64,000 bases of DNA from Candidatus Eiseniibacteriota bacterium (GTDB lineage: Bacteria; Eisenbacteria; RBG-16-71-46), in NCBI GenBank assembly GCA_963776245.1, contig CAVZLN010000003.1, forward strand, positions 832,001 to 896,000, written 5' to 3'. The position numbers and the translations under genes are program-made. Of the stretch, positions 30,005 to 38,763 are shown in pieces (position 1 is the stretch's first letter; each line of letters opens with the position of its first letter). The notes beneath the pieces are model-generated. The model worked only from the letters and a program-made list of their open reading frames with translations, searched no databases and was not told the origin of the DNA.

Positions 30005-30574
30005 GTGAGCCCCGACGCCGTGCCCACGCGCGCGCAGGCCATCGACCTGCTCCACGCGTGGATCGAGAACGTCAACCTGCGCAAGCACTGCTACGCGGTC
30101 GAGGCGGCGATGCGCGCCCAGGCGCGGGCCCGCGGCGAGGACGAGGAACGCTGGGGCCTCACCGGGCTCATCCACGACTTCGACTGGGAGCGGCATCCCG
30201 ACCTCGAGCGGCACCCGGTGCAGGGCGTGGCGATCCTGCGCGAGCAGGGCTGGCCCGAGGATGTGTGTCGCGCGGTGCTCGGGCACGCCAGCCACACCGG
30301 CGTGCCGCGCGACACGCCGATGGCGAAAGCGCTCTACGCCTGCGATGAACTCTCCGGGTTCCTGGTGGCCTGCGCGCTGATCACGCCGTCGAAGACCCTC
30401 GCCGAGGTCGAGGTGGCGTCGGTGAGGAAGAAGATGAAGCGCGCCGACTTCGCCCGCAACGTGAACCGCGACGAGATCGTGCAGGGCGCGGCCGAACTCG
30501 GGGTGGAGCTCGACGCCCACATCGCGTTCGTGCTCGGGGCGATGCGCGGCATCGCGGGCGAGCTGGGGCTTTGA
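30005..30574 (+). CDS. HD-domain metal-dependent phosphohydrolase
   Basis: LRKHC, GLIHDFD, HP, GHA, ACDELSG. Confidence 0.88.
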   Translation: MSPDAVPTRAQAIDLLHAWIENVNLRKHCYAVEAAMRAQARARGEDEERWGLTGLIHDFDWERHPDLERHPVQGVAILREQGWPEDVCRAVLGHASHTGVPRDTPMAKALYACDELSGFLVACALITPSKTLAEVEVASVRKKMKRADFARNVNRDEIVQGAAELGVELDAHIAFVLGAMRGIAGELGL

Positions 30575-30893
30575 TCCCGGGAGCGCGCGCCGGTCACGCG
30601 ATCCGGGGCATGGGGACGGCGCCTGACCGTGCTTCGTGCACGTCCCGGCGCCGGCGCCCTTCGGTGCTTCCGGCCGGCAGTCCCCCTCAGAGGTTCCGCT
30701 CTCGGCCGCGCCCACTGGATCGGTGGGCGGTGTGCACGCCGGGGACCTCGTTGCGCCCCGCGACGTCGACTACCATTTCACTCCCGCCGGTGACGCGCGT
30801 CAACCCCGTTCTCCGCCCGCGACGGCAGCGCCGGGGCCGGCCGGGCCAGCGGGCCGCCGTGCCGCCCGCGCGGGCGGTCCGCCCGGGGCCCGC

Positions 30894-31454
30894 ATGCCTT
30901 TGAAGTCCCTCGACGTGTGGCGCACCGAGCGCCTGGTCCTCGAGCGCGTGCGCGCCGAGGACCTCGCCGACCTGTGCCGCATGCACCAGGACCCCGAGCT
31001 GATGGCCTCGCTCGGCGGTCTGCGCACGGAGGACGACACCCGCCGCTACCTCGACGAGCAGCTCGGGCACTGGGCGGCACACCACTTCGGCCTCTGGATG
31101 GTGCGGAACGCGGCGACCGGGCGTCTCGCGGGCCGTGGCGGGCTGCGTCTCACCGCGATCGGCGGACGCGCCGAGACCGAGATGGCGTACGCGCTGGTGC
31201 CCGAGGCCTGGGGCCGCGGCCTGGCGACCGAGCTGGCCCGGGCATGCGCGCGCGCGGCGTTCGACATGCTCGAGCGCGCCGACCTCGTGGCCTACACGCG
31301 CCCGGACAACCGCGCGTCGCGGCGCGTGATGGAGAAGGTCGGCTTCCTCCACGATCGCGACTTCGTCCATCGGGGCCTGCCGCACGTGCTCTACCGGCTC
31401 ACCGCCACCGCGTGGAGCGCCGCCGGGCAGCGGGCCGGGGAGCGCGGCGCGTAG
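30894..31454 (+). CDS. GNAT family N-acetyltransferase (RimJ/RimL-like)
   Basis: TERLVL, WGRGLATE, N.ASRRVMEKVGF. Confidence 0.88.
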   Translation: MPLKSLDVWRTERLVLERVRAEDLADLCRMHQDPELMASLGGLRTEDDTRRYLDEQLGHWAAHHFGLWMVRNAATGRLAGRGGLRLTAIGGRAETEMAYALVPEAWGRGLATELARACARAAFDMLERADLVAYTRPDNRASRRVMEKVGFLHDRDFVHRGLPHVLYRLTATAWSAAGQRAGERGA

Positions 31455-31472
31455 GGCGTCGCCTCCGGGCGC

Positions 31473-34400
31473 TCAGGCCGCTCCCACGCGGGGCCCGGCT
31501 CGCCCGCCGCGCGAGACCCCCGGCACCCCGCCGCGCGCGTCCACGCTCCACGCGCGCTCGACGTTCACCGTGAGCGCGCCGAGCGTGTCCTCGACGCGGC
31601 CCTCCACGCGCACGATCTCGCCGCGCGCCGCGGCGCCGTGCGCGCGGCAGATGGCGGGGAACATCACGCACTCGGCGAGCCCGCCGCGGTCGGCGAGGGT
31701 GAGGAACAGCATGGTCCCGCCGCCGCGCGTCTCGACGCGCCGGGTCGCGCACGGCAGCCCGGCCAGTGTCACGCGCCGTCCGGCGTGGGCGGCGAGATCG
31801 GCGGCCGGCACGGTGCCGGAGAGCGCCGCGGGCGGCACCAGCACGTCGAGCGGGTGCGCGCTGAACCACAGCCCGGTGGCGCGCAGCTCGCCCCGCACGC
31901 GCTCCGCCGCGTCGAACTCCGGCAGCGCGGGCAGCCCGGGCGGCGCGGCGGCGGGCGCGAACGGCTCGCCCGCGGGGCCGGCGAGCGCCGGCGTCCGCGC
32001 GCGCGCCCGCCGTCCGGCGACGCGCGCGGCAGCGACCCGCGCCTCGAGCAGCAGCGACGGGCGCGTGCGCCCGGTGGCGTCGAGCGCGCCGGCCAGCGCC
32101 AGCGCCTCGAGCTCGTCGAGCGACGGGCGCGCGCGGTCGATCAGATCGGCGAGGTCGGCGAACGGCCGCCGCGCCAGCAGGCGCTGGCCGGTGGCGTGCG
32201 AGAGCCCGGTCACGCGCGACAGCCCGACGCGCACCGCGCCGTCGGCGTCGAGCGCCGCCTCCCAGACCGAGCGCTCCACGCACGGCGGCCGGAACGTGAC
32301 GCCGCGGCGGCGCAGGTCCTCGACGTGCACCCAGGTCGCGTACATCCCGGCGTGGTGGTCGAGCACGCCCACCGCCCACTCCGCCGGGAAGTGGGTCTTG
32401 AGGTAGGCGCTCTGATAGCCGAGCACGCCGTAGCCGGCGGCGTGCGCCTTGCAGAACGCGTAGGCCGCGAAGCGCGCCAGGTCGCGCCACGCGGCGCGCG
32501 CGGCCGCCTCGTCCACGCCGGCGCGCGCGCAGTGGCCGACGAAGCCGCGCTCGAGCGCGCGGAACCCGTCGTCGTCGCGCGCCTTCGCGATGGCGCGCCG
32601 CAGGTCGTCCCCTTCCGCGAGCGTGAGGCCGGCGAGCGCGGCCGCCACGCACATCACGTCCTCCTCGTAGAGCATCACGCCGTGCGCGGGGCCGAGCACC
32701 GCGGCCAGCCGCGGGTGGAGCGGCGGGTCGGGCTCGAGCCCGCGGTGGCGGCGGCAGTAGGCCTGCTTGGCGCTCGGGCCGCCGTCGGCGGGGGCGCCGG
32801 CGGCGCCCGGGCGGACCAGCGCGACCGCGGCGATGACCTCGTCGAGCGTGCGCGCGCGCAGCATGCGCAGCAGGTGGCGCATGGCCGGCGATTCGAGCTG
32901 GAAGCCGTTCAGCGTGTCCCCGGCCGCGAGCCGCTCCGCGGTGGCGTCGTCCTGCTCCGGGAGCGCGTCCACGTCGATCGCGAGGCCGTGCCGTTCGCGC
33001 ACGCGCGCCACGCAGTCGCCGATCTCGGACAGCGCGCGGTTGCCGAGCAGGTCCATCTTCACCAGCCCGAGCGCCTCGATGGCGCGCATCTCGGGCTGGG
33101 TGACCACCACCTTCTTGTCGCCGCGCTCGAGCGGCACGTAGTGCGTGAGCGGCCGGTCGGCGATCACCACCCCGCCGCAGTGGATGCCGAGGTGCCGCGG
33201 CGCGCCGTCGAGGCGCTCGGCGAGCGCGAGCGCCCGCGCCAGCACCGGCTCGCGCCAGTCCACGCCCGCGGCGCCGCGTTCGCCGTGCAGCCGGTCGAGG
33301 TAGGGCGGCTTCAGCGCGCGCGGCACGCGGCGCGCCAGCGCGTCCACCCGGGCGCTCGGCACGCCCAGCACCTTGGCGGTCTCGCGGAACGCCGACCGCG
33401 CGCCGAGCGTGGCGTGGGTGGAGATCATCGCCACGCGGTCCGCGCCGTAGGTGCGGTAGACGTGCGCGATGACCTCGTCGCGGCGCTTCCAGCACAGGTC
33501 GATGTCGAGGTCGGGGCAGTCGCGGCGCGAGGGGTTGAGGAAGCGCTCGAAGTACAGTCCGTAGCGCAACGGGTCCACGTTGGTGATGCCGAGCGCGTAC
33601 GCCACCAGCGAGCTCGCGCCCGAGCCGCGCCCCACGGTGGGGATGGCGCGCTCGCGCGCGAAGCCGACGATCTCGGCGACCAGCAGGAAGTAGTCGGTGA
33701 ACCCGCAGCGCTCGATCATCCCGAGCTCGTCGTCGAGGCGCGCGCACGCGCGCGGCTCGTCGCGGCCCCAGCGCCGCCGCACGCCCTCGCGGCCGAGGCG
33801 ACGCAGGCGCGCCGGGCCGCTCTCCCCGTCGCCGAGCGGGGCGCGCGGGAAGATCGGCGTGCCCATCTCGAGCTCGAGCCGGCAGCGGGCGGCGAGCGCG
33901 GCGTTGTTCGCCAGCGCGGGCGCGGCGGCCTCGGGCACGCCGGCGCCGCCGCAGGCCGCGCGCACGCGCCGCGCCCACTCGGCCGGCGGCGCCAGCCACG
34001 CCTCGCGCGCGGCGAACGCCGCCGCCGGCATGCGCTCGAGCAGCTCGCCCGCGGCCGCCGTCACCGCGACGCGGTGGGGCTCGTGGTCGCGCGCGTCGAG
34101 CATCACCACGTCCCCGGTGGCGACCAGCGGCACCCCGAGCCGCCGGGCGCCGGCGACGCGCTCGGCGAGCCGGACGCGCTCGCCCGGCAGCCCGCGCACG
34201 CCCATCCACAGTCCGCCCGCGCGCGCGCCGGGGCCCCGCGCGTCGTCGCCGGTGGCCGCGGGCACGCCGGCGCGCAGCAGCCCCGCGGCGAGGCCGGTCG
34301 ATTCCACCACGACGTGCAGTCCGGCGTGGCGCTCGGCGAGCGCCGCGGTGAGGTCGAACGCCGCGTCCAGATGGCGGAGCGTGAGCACCTCGCACAGGCG

Positions 34401-34658
34401 CGCCCAGCCGCGGCGGTCGAGCGGCAGCAGCAGCGCCGCGCCGCTCGCGTGCGTGACCTCCGCGCCCGCGAGCGGGCGCAGCCCGGCGGCGCGCGCGACC
34501 TGGACGAAGCGCACCGCCAGGTAGAGGTTGTCGCGGTCGGTGAGCGCGAGCGCGTCGTAGCCGAGCGCCAGCGATCGCTCCACCAGCGCCTCGGGCGCCG
34601 CGGTGCCGTACAGCAGCGACCCGTGCGAGCGCACGCGCAGCGGCACGAAGGTGGTCAT
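31473..34658 (-). CDS. dnaE2: DNA polymerase III alpha subunit, error-prone DnaE2-type
   Basis: GRGSGASSLVAY, FERFLN, PDLDID, KMDLLG, YAFCKAHAA; degenerate PHP domain; OB fold; no C-terminal tau-binding region; follows dinB. Confidence 0.88.
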   Translation of the reverse strand: MTTFVPLRVRSHGSLLYGTAAPEALVERSLALGYDALALTDRDNLYLAVRFVQVARAAGLRPLAGAEVTHASGAALLLPLDRRGWARLCEVLTLRHLDAAFDLTAALAERHAGLHVVVESTGLAAGLLRAGVPAATGDDARGPGARAGGLWMGVRGLPGERVRLAERVAGARRLGVPLVATGDVVMLDARDHEPHRVAVTAAAGELLERMPAAAFAAREAWLAPPAEWARRVRAACGGAGVPEAAAPALANNAALAARCRLELEMGTPIFPRAPLGDGESGPARLRRLGREGVRRRWGRDEPRACARLDDELGMIERCGFTDYFLLVAEIVGFARERAIPTVGRGSGASSLVAYALGITNVDPLRYGLYFERFLNPSRRDCPDLDIDLCWKRRDEVIAHVYRTYGADRVAMISTHATLGARSAFRETAKVLGVPSARVDALARRVPRALKPPYLDRLHGERGAAGVDWREPVLARALALAERLDGAPRHLGIHCGGVVIADRPLTHYVPLERGDKKVVVTQPEMRAIEALGLVKMDLLGNRALSEIGDCVARVRERHGLAIDVDALPEQDDATAERLAAGDTLNGFQLESPAMRHLLRMLRARTLDEVIAAVALVRPGAAGAPADGGPSAKQAYCRRHRGLEPDPPLHPRLAAVLGPAHGVMLYEEDVMCVAAALAGLTLAEGDDLRRAIAKARDDDGFRALERGFVGHCARAGVDEAAARAAWRDLARFAAYAFCKAHAAGYGVLGYQSAYLKTHFPAEWAVGVLDHHAGMYATWVHVEDLRRRGVTFRPPCVERSVWEAALDADGAVRVGLSRVTGLSHATGQRLLARRPFADLADLIDRARPSLDELEALALAGALDATGRTRPSLLLEARVAAARVAGRRARARTPALAGPAGEPFAPAAAPPGLPALPEFDAAERVRGELRATGLWFSAHPLDVLVPPAALSGTVPAADLAAHAGRRVTLAGLPCATRRVETRGGGTMLFLTLADRGGLAECVMFPAICRAHGAAARGEIVRVEGRVEDTLGALTVNVERAWSVDARGGVPGVSRGGRAGPRVGAA

Positions 34659-34691
34659 GGCGCGCGCCGGGATCGCGTCATCGCCGGCGTC

Positions 34692-35057
34692 TCACGCGGC
34701 CGCGTGCTCCTCGATCAGCCCGAGGGCGTTGCCGAACGGGTCGCGCACGCGCGCCACGCGCACCCCGCCGCCCACGTCGCGCGGTTCGGCCGCCGCGGTG
34801 GCGCCGCGCGCCAGCAGCCACGCCCACGTGGCGTCGAGGTCGGCGACGCGCCAGTACGCCAGCCCGCCCGCCGCGCCCGTCGGGTGGTCGCCGACGTCGG
34901 GGTCGAGGCCGAGCTCGAAGCCGGCGACGTCGAAGCCGACGTAGAACGGCTGGTCGAAGTACGGCGCCTGCTCGAGCACGGTGGCGTACCAGTCGCGGGC
35001 GCGCGCGAGGTCGGGGGCGGGGTAGATGACGGTGCGCAATCCGAGCAGGTGGGGCAC
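34692..35057 (-). CDS. VOC/glyoxalase family protein
   Basis: GLRTVIY...DL..ARDWY, ELGLDP, YWRVADL, VRDPFGN. Confidence 0.85.
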   Translation of the reverse strand: MPHLLGLRTVIYPAPDLARARDWYATVLEQAPYFDQPFYVGFDVAGFELGLDPDVGDHPTGAAGGLAYWRVADLDATWAWLLARGATAAAEPRDVGGGVRVARVRDPFGNALGLIEEHAAA

Positions 35058-35115
35058 GTCGGCGTCCTTTCGGCGAGGGGTCGTGGAGGATCCCGGCCGG
35101 GGCCGGGGCGGTGCG

Positions 35116-36327
35116 TCATTTCGTGAGCGAGGGCGTGCGCAGCACGAAGCCGTGCTCGTCCTCGCCGAGGCGGCCCTTCAGGTGGAGCGCGCGTCCGGAC
35201 ACCAGCACGCCGTGCCCGAAGCGCTCGCGCACGCCGTCGAACGCGCGGTAGAGCGCGGCGCGGCGTCCGGCCTCGGGCTCGTCGAACAGCGCGCCCTGCT
35301 CGCCGCCGCCGCGCGCGAAGCGCGACAGCGCGAGCCCGACTCCGTGCAGCGCGACGCGGCGCGTGAACTGGCGGCGCAGCGAGTCGAGCGCGCCCGCCAG
35401 CACCACCGGGTCGGCATCCGAGGGGGTCGCGAGCGCCCGCGTGCGCTCGCTCCACTCGCCGTCGCTGTAACGCAGGCGGCAGCTCACCGCGCCCGGCTTG
35501 ATCCCGAGCTCGCGCGCGGTGCGGCACGCGCGGCCCACCAGGTACTCGAGCATGCCCTCGATCTCGGCGCGGTCGGCGGTATCGCGGTGGAACGAGGTCT
35601 CGCGCGAGATCGAGAGCGGGACCTCGCGCCCGCGCACCGCGGCGGTGTCGCGCCCCCGGCAGCGCTCGTACAGCAGCCGCCCGGGCGACCCGAACAGCGA
35701 CTCGAGCGCGTCGGCCGGCAGCGCGCGCAGCTCGCCGATGGTGCGCACGTTCATCGAGCGCAGCGTCTTCGCGTGGGCGTGGCCGACGCCCGCCAGCTGC
35801 TCGACCGGGCGATCGCGCAGGAACGCGTCGGCGTCGCGCGCGTCGAGGCGCGCCAGGCCGTCGGGCTTGACCGTCCTGCCCACCAGCTTCGCGAGCATGC
35901 GATTGGGGCCGATGCCGCACGTCACGGTGAGCCCGGTGGCGGCGCGGATGGCGTCCTTGAGCCCGCGCGCGGCCGCCAGCATGTCGCCGTGCAGCCGTTC
36001 GGTGCCGGTGAGGTCGCAGTAGGCCTCGTCGAGGTAGGTCTCGAGCGCGGGCGAGAGCGCGCGGCAGCGCTCGAAGATGGCCTCGGCGAAGCAGCGGTAG
36101 ACCTGCGCGTGGCCCTCGACGATCACCGCCCGCGGGCAGAGCCGCCGGGCCTCGGAGAGCGTCATCCCCGCCCGCAGCCCGAAGGCGCGCGCCTCGTACG
36201 AACACGACGCGATCACGCCCGCGCCGACGATGACGGGCCGGCCGCGCAGCGCGGGGTCGCGCTGCTGCTCGATGGCGGCGAAGAACGCGTCGATGTCCAC
36301 GTGGAGCACCAGCGAGGGAGCGTCCAT
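35116..36327 (-). CDS. dinB: DNA polymerase IV (Y-family)
   Basis: LHVDIDAFFA, CSYEARAFG, YLDEAY, GIGPN..LAKL; clamp-binding-like EQGALF. Confidence 0.92.
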   Translation of the reverse strand: MDAPSLVLHVDIDAFFAAIEQQRDPALRGRPVIVGAGVIASCSYEARAFGLRAGMTLSEARRLCPRAVIVEGHAQVYRCFAEAIFERCRALSPALETYLDEAYCDLTGTERLHGDMLAAARGLKDAIRAATGLTVTCGIGPNRMLAKLVGRTVKPDGLARLDARDADAFLRDRPVEQLAGVGHAHAKTLRSMNVRTIGELRALPADALESLFGSPGRLLYERCRGRDTAAVRGREVPLSISRETSFHRDTADRAEIEGMLEYLVGRACRTARELGIKPGAVSCRLRYSDGEWSERTRALATPSDADPVVLAGALDSLRRQFTRRVALHGVGLALSRFARGGGEQGALFDEPEAGRRAALYRAFDGVRERFGHGVLVSGRALHLKGRLGEDEHGFVLRTPSLTK

Positions 36328-36581
36328 CAGCCCTCCAGCGTGACCGAGTCCAGCCACCACACCAGCTCACCGCTCTGCAGCGACAACTGGTAGAGGTCGC
36401 CGCTGTCGGCGGTGACCGAGAAGTGGAAGTGCGGATGCCGGGGCATGCGATCCACCCAGCGCGCGTTCACGCACACGATGCGGACCTCGCGGCCGCGGCG
36501 CCTGAAGGTGAGCGGGGTCACCGTGCCGCCCTGGAAGTCGGCGCGCACGGCGATGGCTTCATCGATGGGTTCGTTTCGCAT
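36327..36581 (-). CDS. Small DUF6504-like protein heading the mutagenesis operon
   Basis: P.TF...GRE.RI..V..RW...F.V...GDLYQL......WWL pattern; stop overlaps dinB start (TGATG). Confidence 0.65.
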   Translation of the reverse strand: MRNEPIDEAIAVRADFQGGTVTPLTFRRRGREVRIVCVNARWVDRMPRHPHFHFSVTADSGDLYQLSLQSGELVWWLDSVTLEG

Positions 36582-36600
36582 GTCGGACCTGGCGAGCGGC

Positions 36601-36629
36601 AGTCTACTGCACGTATGTGCACCTCGCAA
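36601..36629 (-). promoter_or_regulatory. Sigma70 promoter with a LexA-like operator in the spacer
   Basis: TTGCGA-N17-TAGACT; perfect palindrome TGCAC-N4-GTGCA at 36608-36621. Confidence 0.7.
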
Positions 36630-36769
36630 GGGATATCGGGCGCGCCGCCTCCGGCCGGCCCGGAGCCGCTGTGGACGCGGCGGCGCGGGGCCGATACCGT
36701 GCGCGCCGGGCCGGAGCGCTGTGGTAAGGATGGCGCGGCCCCCCCCGTACCCACCGAAGGAGATCCGCC

Positions 36770-37612
36770 GTGAGATCCGTGAAACTGGTCGTCGCGCTCG
36801 CGCTCGCCGCGGGTGTGCTGTTCGCCGCCGCGCGCCTGGGCGCCGCACCGGTCGCGCTCAAGGTCAGCGAGTACGGCTCGGGCCCCACCCTGGTGCTGGT
36901 GCACGGGCTCGGCGGCGCGGGGATCCAGTGGATGCCCACCGCGCGCAAGCTGCTCGGCGCGCACCACGTGATGATGGTGGACCTGCCGGGCCACGGCGAG
37001 AGCCCGATGCCCGAGCCGTTCTCGATCGACGACGTGGCCGAGTCGCTCGATCGCGTGCTGGCGACGCAGCCGCAGGGCTCCGTCGTCGTGGGCCACGGCC
37101 TTGGCGGCCTGGTCGCGATCGCGGAGATGCGCCGCCACCCCGAGCACCTGAAGGGGCTGGTGATCATCGACGCCAGCGCGAAGTTCACCGTGCCGGTGCC
37201 CGACCAGCAGCAGAAGATGTTCCTCGAGTTCATCGACACGAACTACGACATGTTCCTGAAGCAGATGTTCACGCGGCTGGGCCGCGATTCAGTCCAGGGC
37301 GTGCAGATCCACGCGCAGGCCAGCCAGATGCCGAAGTCGGCGATGCTCGCGTACATGCGCGCGTTGCTCAACGTGGACGAATCGGCGGCGCTCAAGACCC
37401 CGCCGGTGCCGGTGCTCTACATCGGCTCGGCCAAGGCCTGGCCGGACACCATGGCGTGGGCCGAGGTCGCCCGGACGCACGGCATCCCCGACGCGAGCGT
37501 CATCGCCTCGCGGCGCATCGGCGATAGCGGCTACTGGATGATGAAGGAGCAGCCCGACTCGCTCGCGACGGCGCTCGCCGCGTTCGCGAAGAAGGCGTTC
37601 GGCGGCAAGTAG
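36770..37612 (+). CDS. Exported alpha/beta-hydrolase-fold protein, nucleophile Ser and catalytic His absent
   Basis: Signal peptide, LVHGLGG, DLPGHGES, GHGLGG, SGYWMMKEQP. Confidence 0.82.
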   Translation: MRSVKLVVALALAAGVLFAAARLGAAPVALKVSEYGSGPTLVLVHGLGGAGIQWMPTARKLLGAHHVMMVDLPGHGESPMPEPFSIDDVAESLDRVLATQPQGSVVVGHGLGGLVAIAEMRRHPEHLKGLVIIDASAKFTVPVPDQQQKMFLEFIDTNYDMFLKQMFTRLGRDSVQGVQIHAQASQMPKSAMLAYMRALLNVDESAALKTPPVPVLYIGSAKAWPDTMAWAEVARTHGIPDASVIASRRIGDSGYWMMKEQPDSLATALAAFAKKAFGGK

Positions 37613-37759
37613 CGGCACTCACCGCGCGGGACGGTGGCGCCAGGCCGCCGCCCCGGCGGGTCCCGCGCCGCCGCGCAGCACCGCGCGCCGCTCTTCAGCC
37701 CGGCCGCTTACCGGCCGATGACCACGGAAGTGCTCCGCCCTTGCGGGGTGCGCACTTCC

Positions 37760-38620
37760 ATGGACCGGTCCTCGCTTCGCCTTCCACTCCTGCTGGTGCT
37801 GCTCGCCGCGCTCGCGCTGACGTTCGCGGGGCTCGGCGGCGCGGGCCGTCCTGCGCCCGCGGCGCACTATGCGATGGGGCGCGGGCCCACGGTGGTGCTC
37901 GTGCACGGGCTCGGCAGCCGCATCGGCCACTGGCTGCCGGTCGCGCGGCTGCTGGCGCGCGACCACCGCGTGGTGCTGGTGGACCTGCCGGGCCACGGCG
38001 ACACGGAACTGCCGGAGCCGTTCTCGCTCGACCGCGCGATGCAGTCGCTCGAGGGCGCGCTCGAGCAGGAGGAGGGCCCGGTCGTGCTGGTCGGCCATTC
38101 GGTCGGCGGTCTGGTCGCGGCGCAGACGGCGCTCGAGCATCCGGAGCACGTGCGCGCGCTGGTGCTGGTGGAGACCGCGCTGCGTCCGCAGCTCGAGGGC
38201 GAGGAGCGCGCGCGACTGATGCGCGCGCTCGACTCGGACTACCAGGGGGTGCTGCGCACGGCCTACGAGTCGTTCGGTCGCGACTCGCTGCAGGGGCGCG
38301 CGCTCTACGAAGAGGTCGCGGTGCTGGAGCCGTCGCACATCAAGCCGTGGATCCGCCTGGCGCTGACGCTCGACCCCTCCGAGCGCATGGGTCATCTGCG
38401 CGCGCCGCTGCTCGCGGTGTTCGCGGAGCGCTCGTGGCCGCTGGACGAGTCGTGGGCGCGCGCGTCCGCAACGCTGGGCTACGACCACGTGCCGCGCGTG
38501 GATCCGGTGCGGGTGCTGGACTGCGGGCATTTCGTGATGCTCGATCAGCCCGCGCGCCTCGCGTCGCTGATCGCGCGCTTCGGCGCCCGGCCCGACACGC
38601 TGCCGGTCGCGACCCGCTGA
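37760..38620 (+). CDS. Exported alpha/beta hydrolase
   Basis: Signal peptide, LVHGLGS, DLPGHG, GHSVGG, CGHFVMLDQP. Confidence 0.88.
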   Translation: MDRSSLRLPLLLVLLAALALTFAGLGGAGRPAPAAHYAMGRGPTVVLVHGLGSRIGHWLPVARLLARDHRVVLVDLPGHGDTELPEPFSLDRAMQSLEGALEQEEGPVVLVGHSVGGLVAAQTALEHPEHVRALVLVETALRPQLEGEERARLMRALDSDYQGVLRTAYESFGRDSLQGRALYEEVAVLEPSHIKPWIRLALTLDPSERMGHLRAPLLAVFAERSWPLDESWARASATLGYDHVPRVDPVRVLDCGHFVMLDQPARLASLIARFGARPDTLPVATR

Positions 38621-38754
38621 CGCACCCGCCCCGGCGCGCTGCGACGGTGGATCGGCTGCGTGGCCCGCTCACCGGGGCGGGTACATCCTCCGGGCGATGA
38701 ATCCGCTCCGCCGGGATCGCCCTCCGGACGCACCCGCCCCGGCGCGCTGCGACG
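38619..38754. repeat. 28-bp exact direct repeat pair with internal inverted partial copy between convergent genes
   Basis: GACGCACCCGCCCCGGCGCGCTGCGACG at 38619-38646 and 38727-38754; CCGGGGCGGGT at 38672-38682. Confidence 0.8.
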
Positions 38755-38763
38755 CGCTGTGAG

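Noticed and set aside
38619..38754. CRISPR array
   Set aside because: Only two repeats, 80-bp spacer, no cas genes
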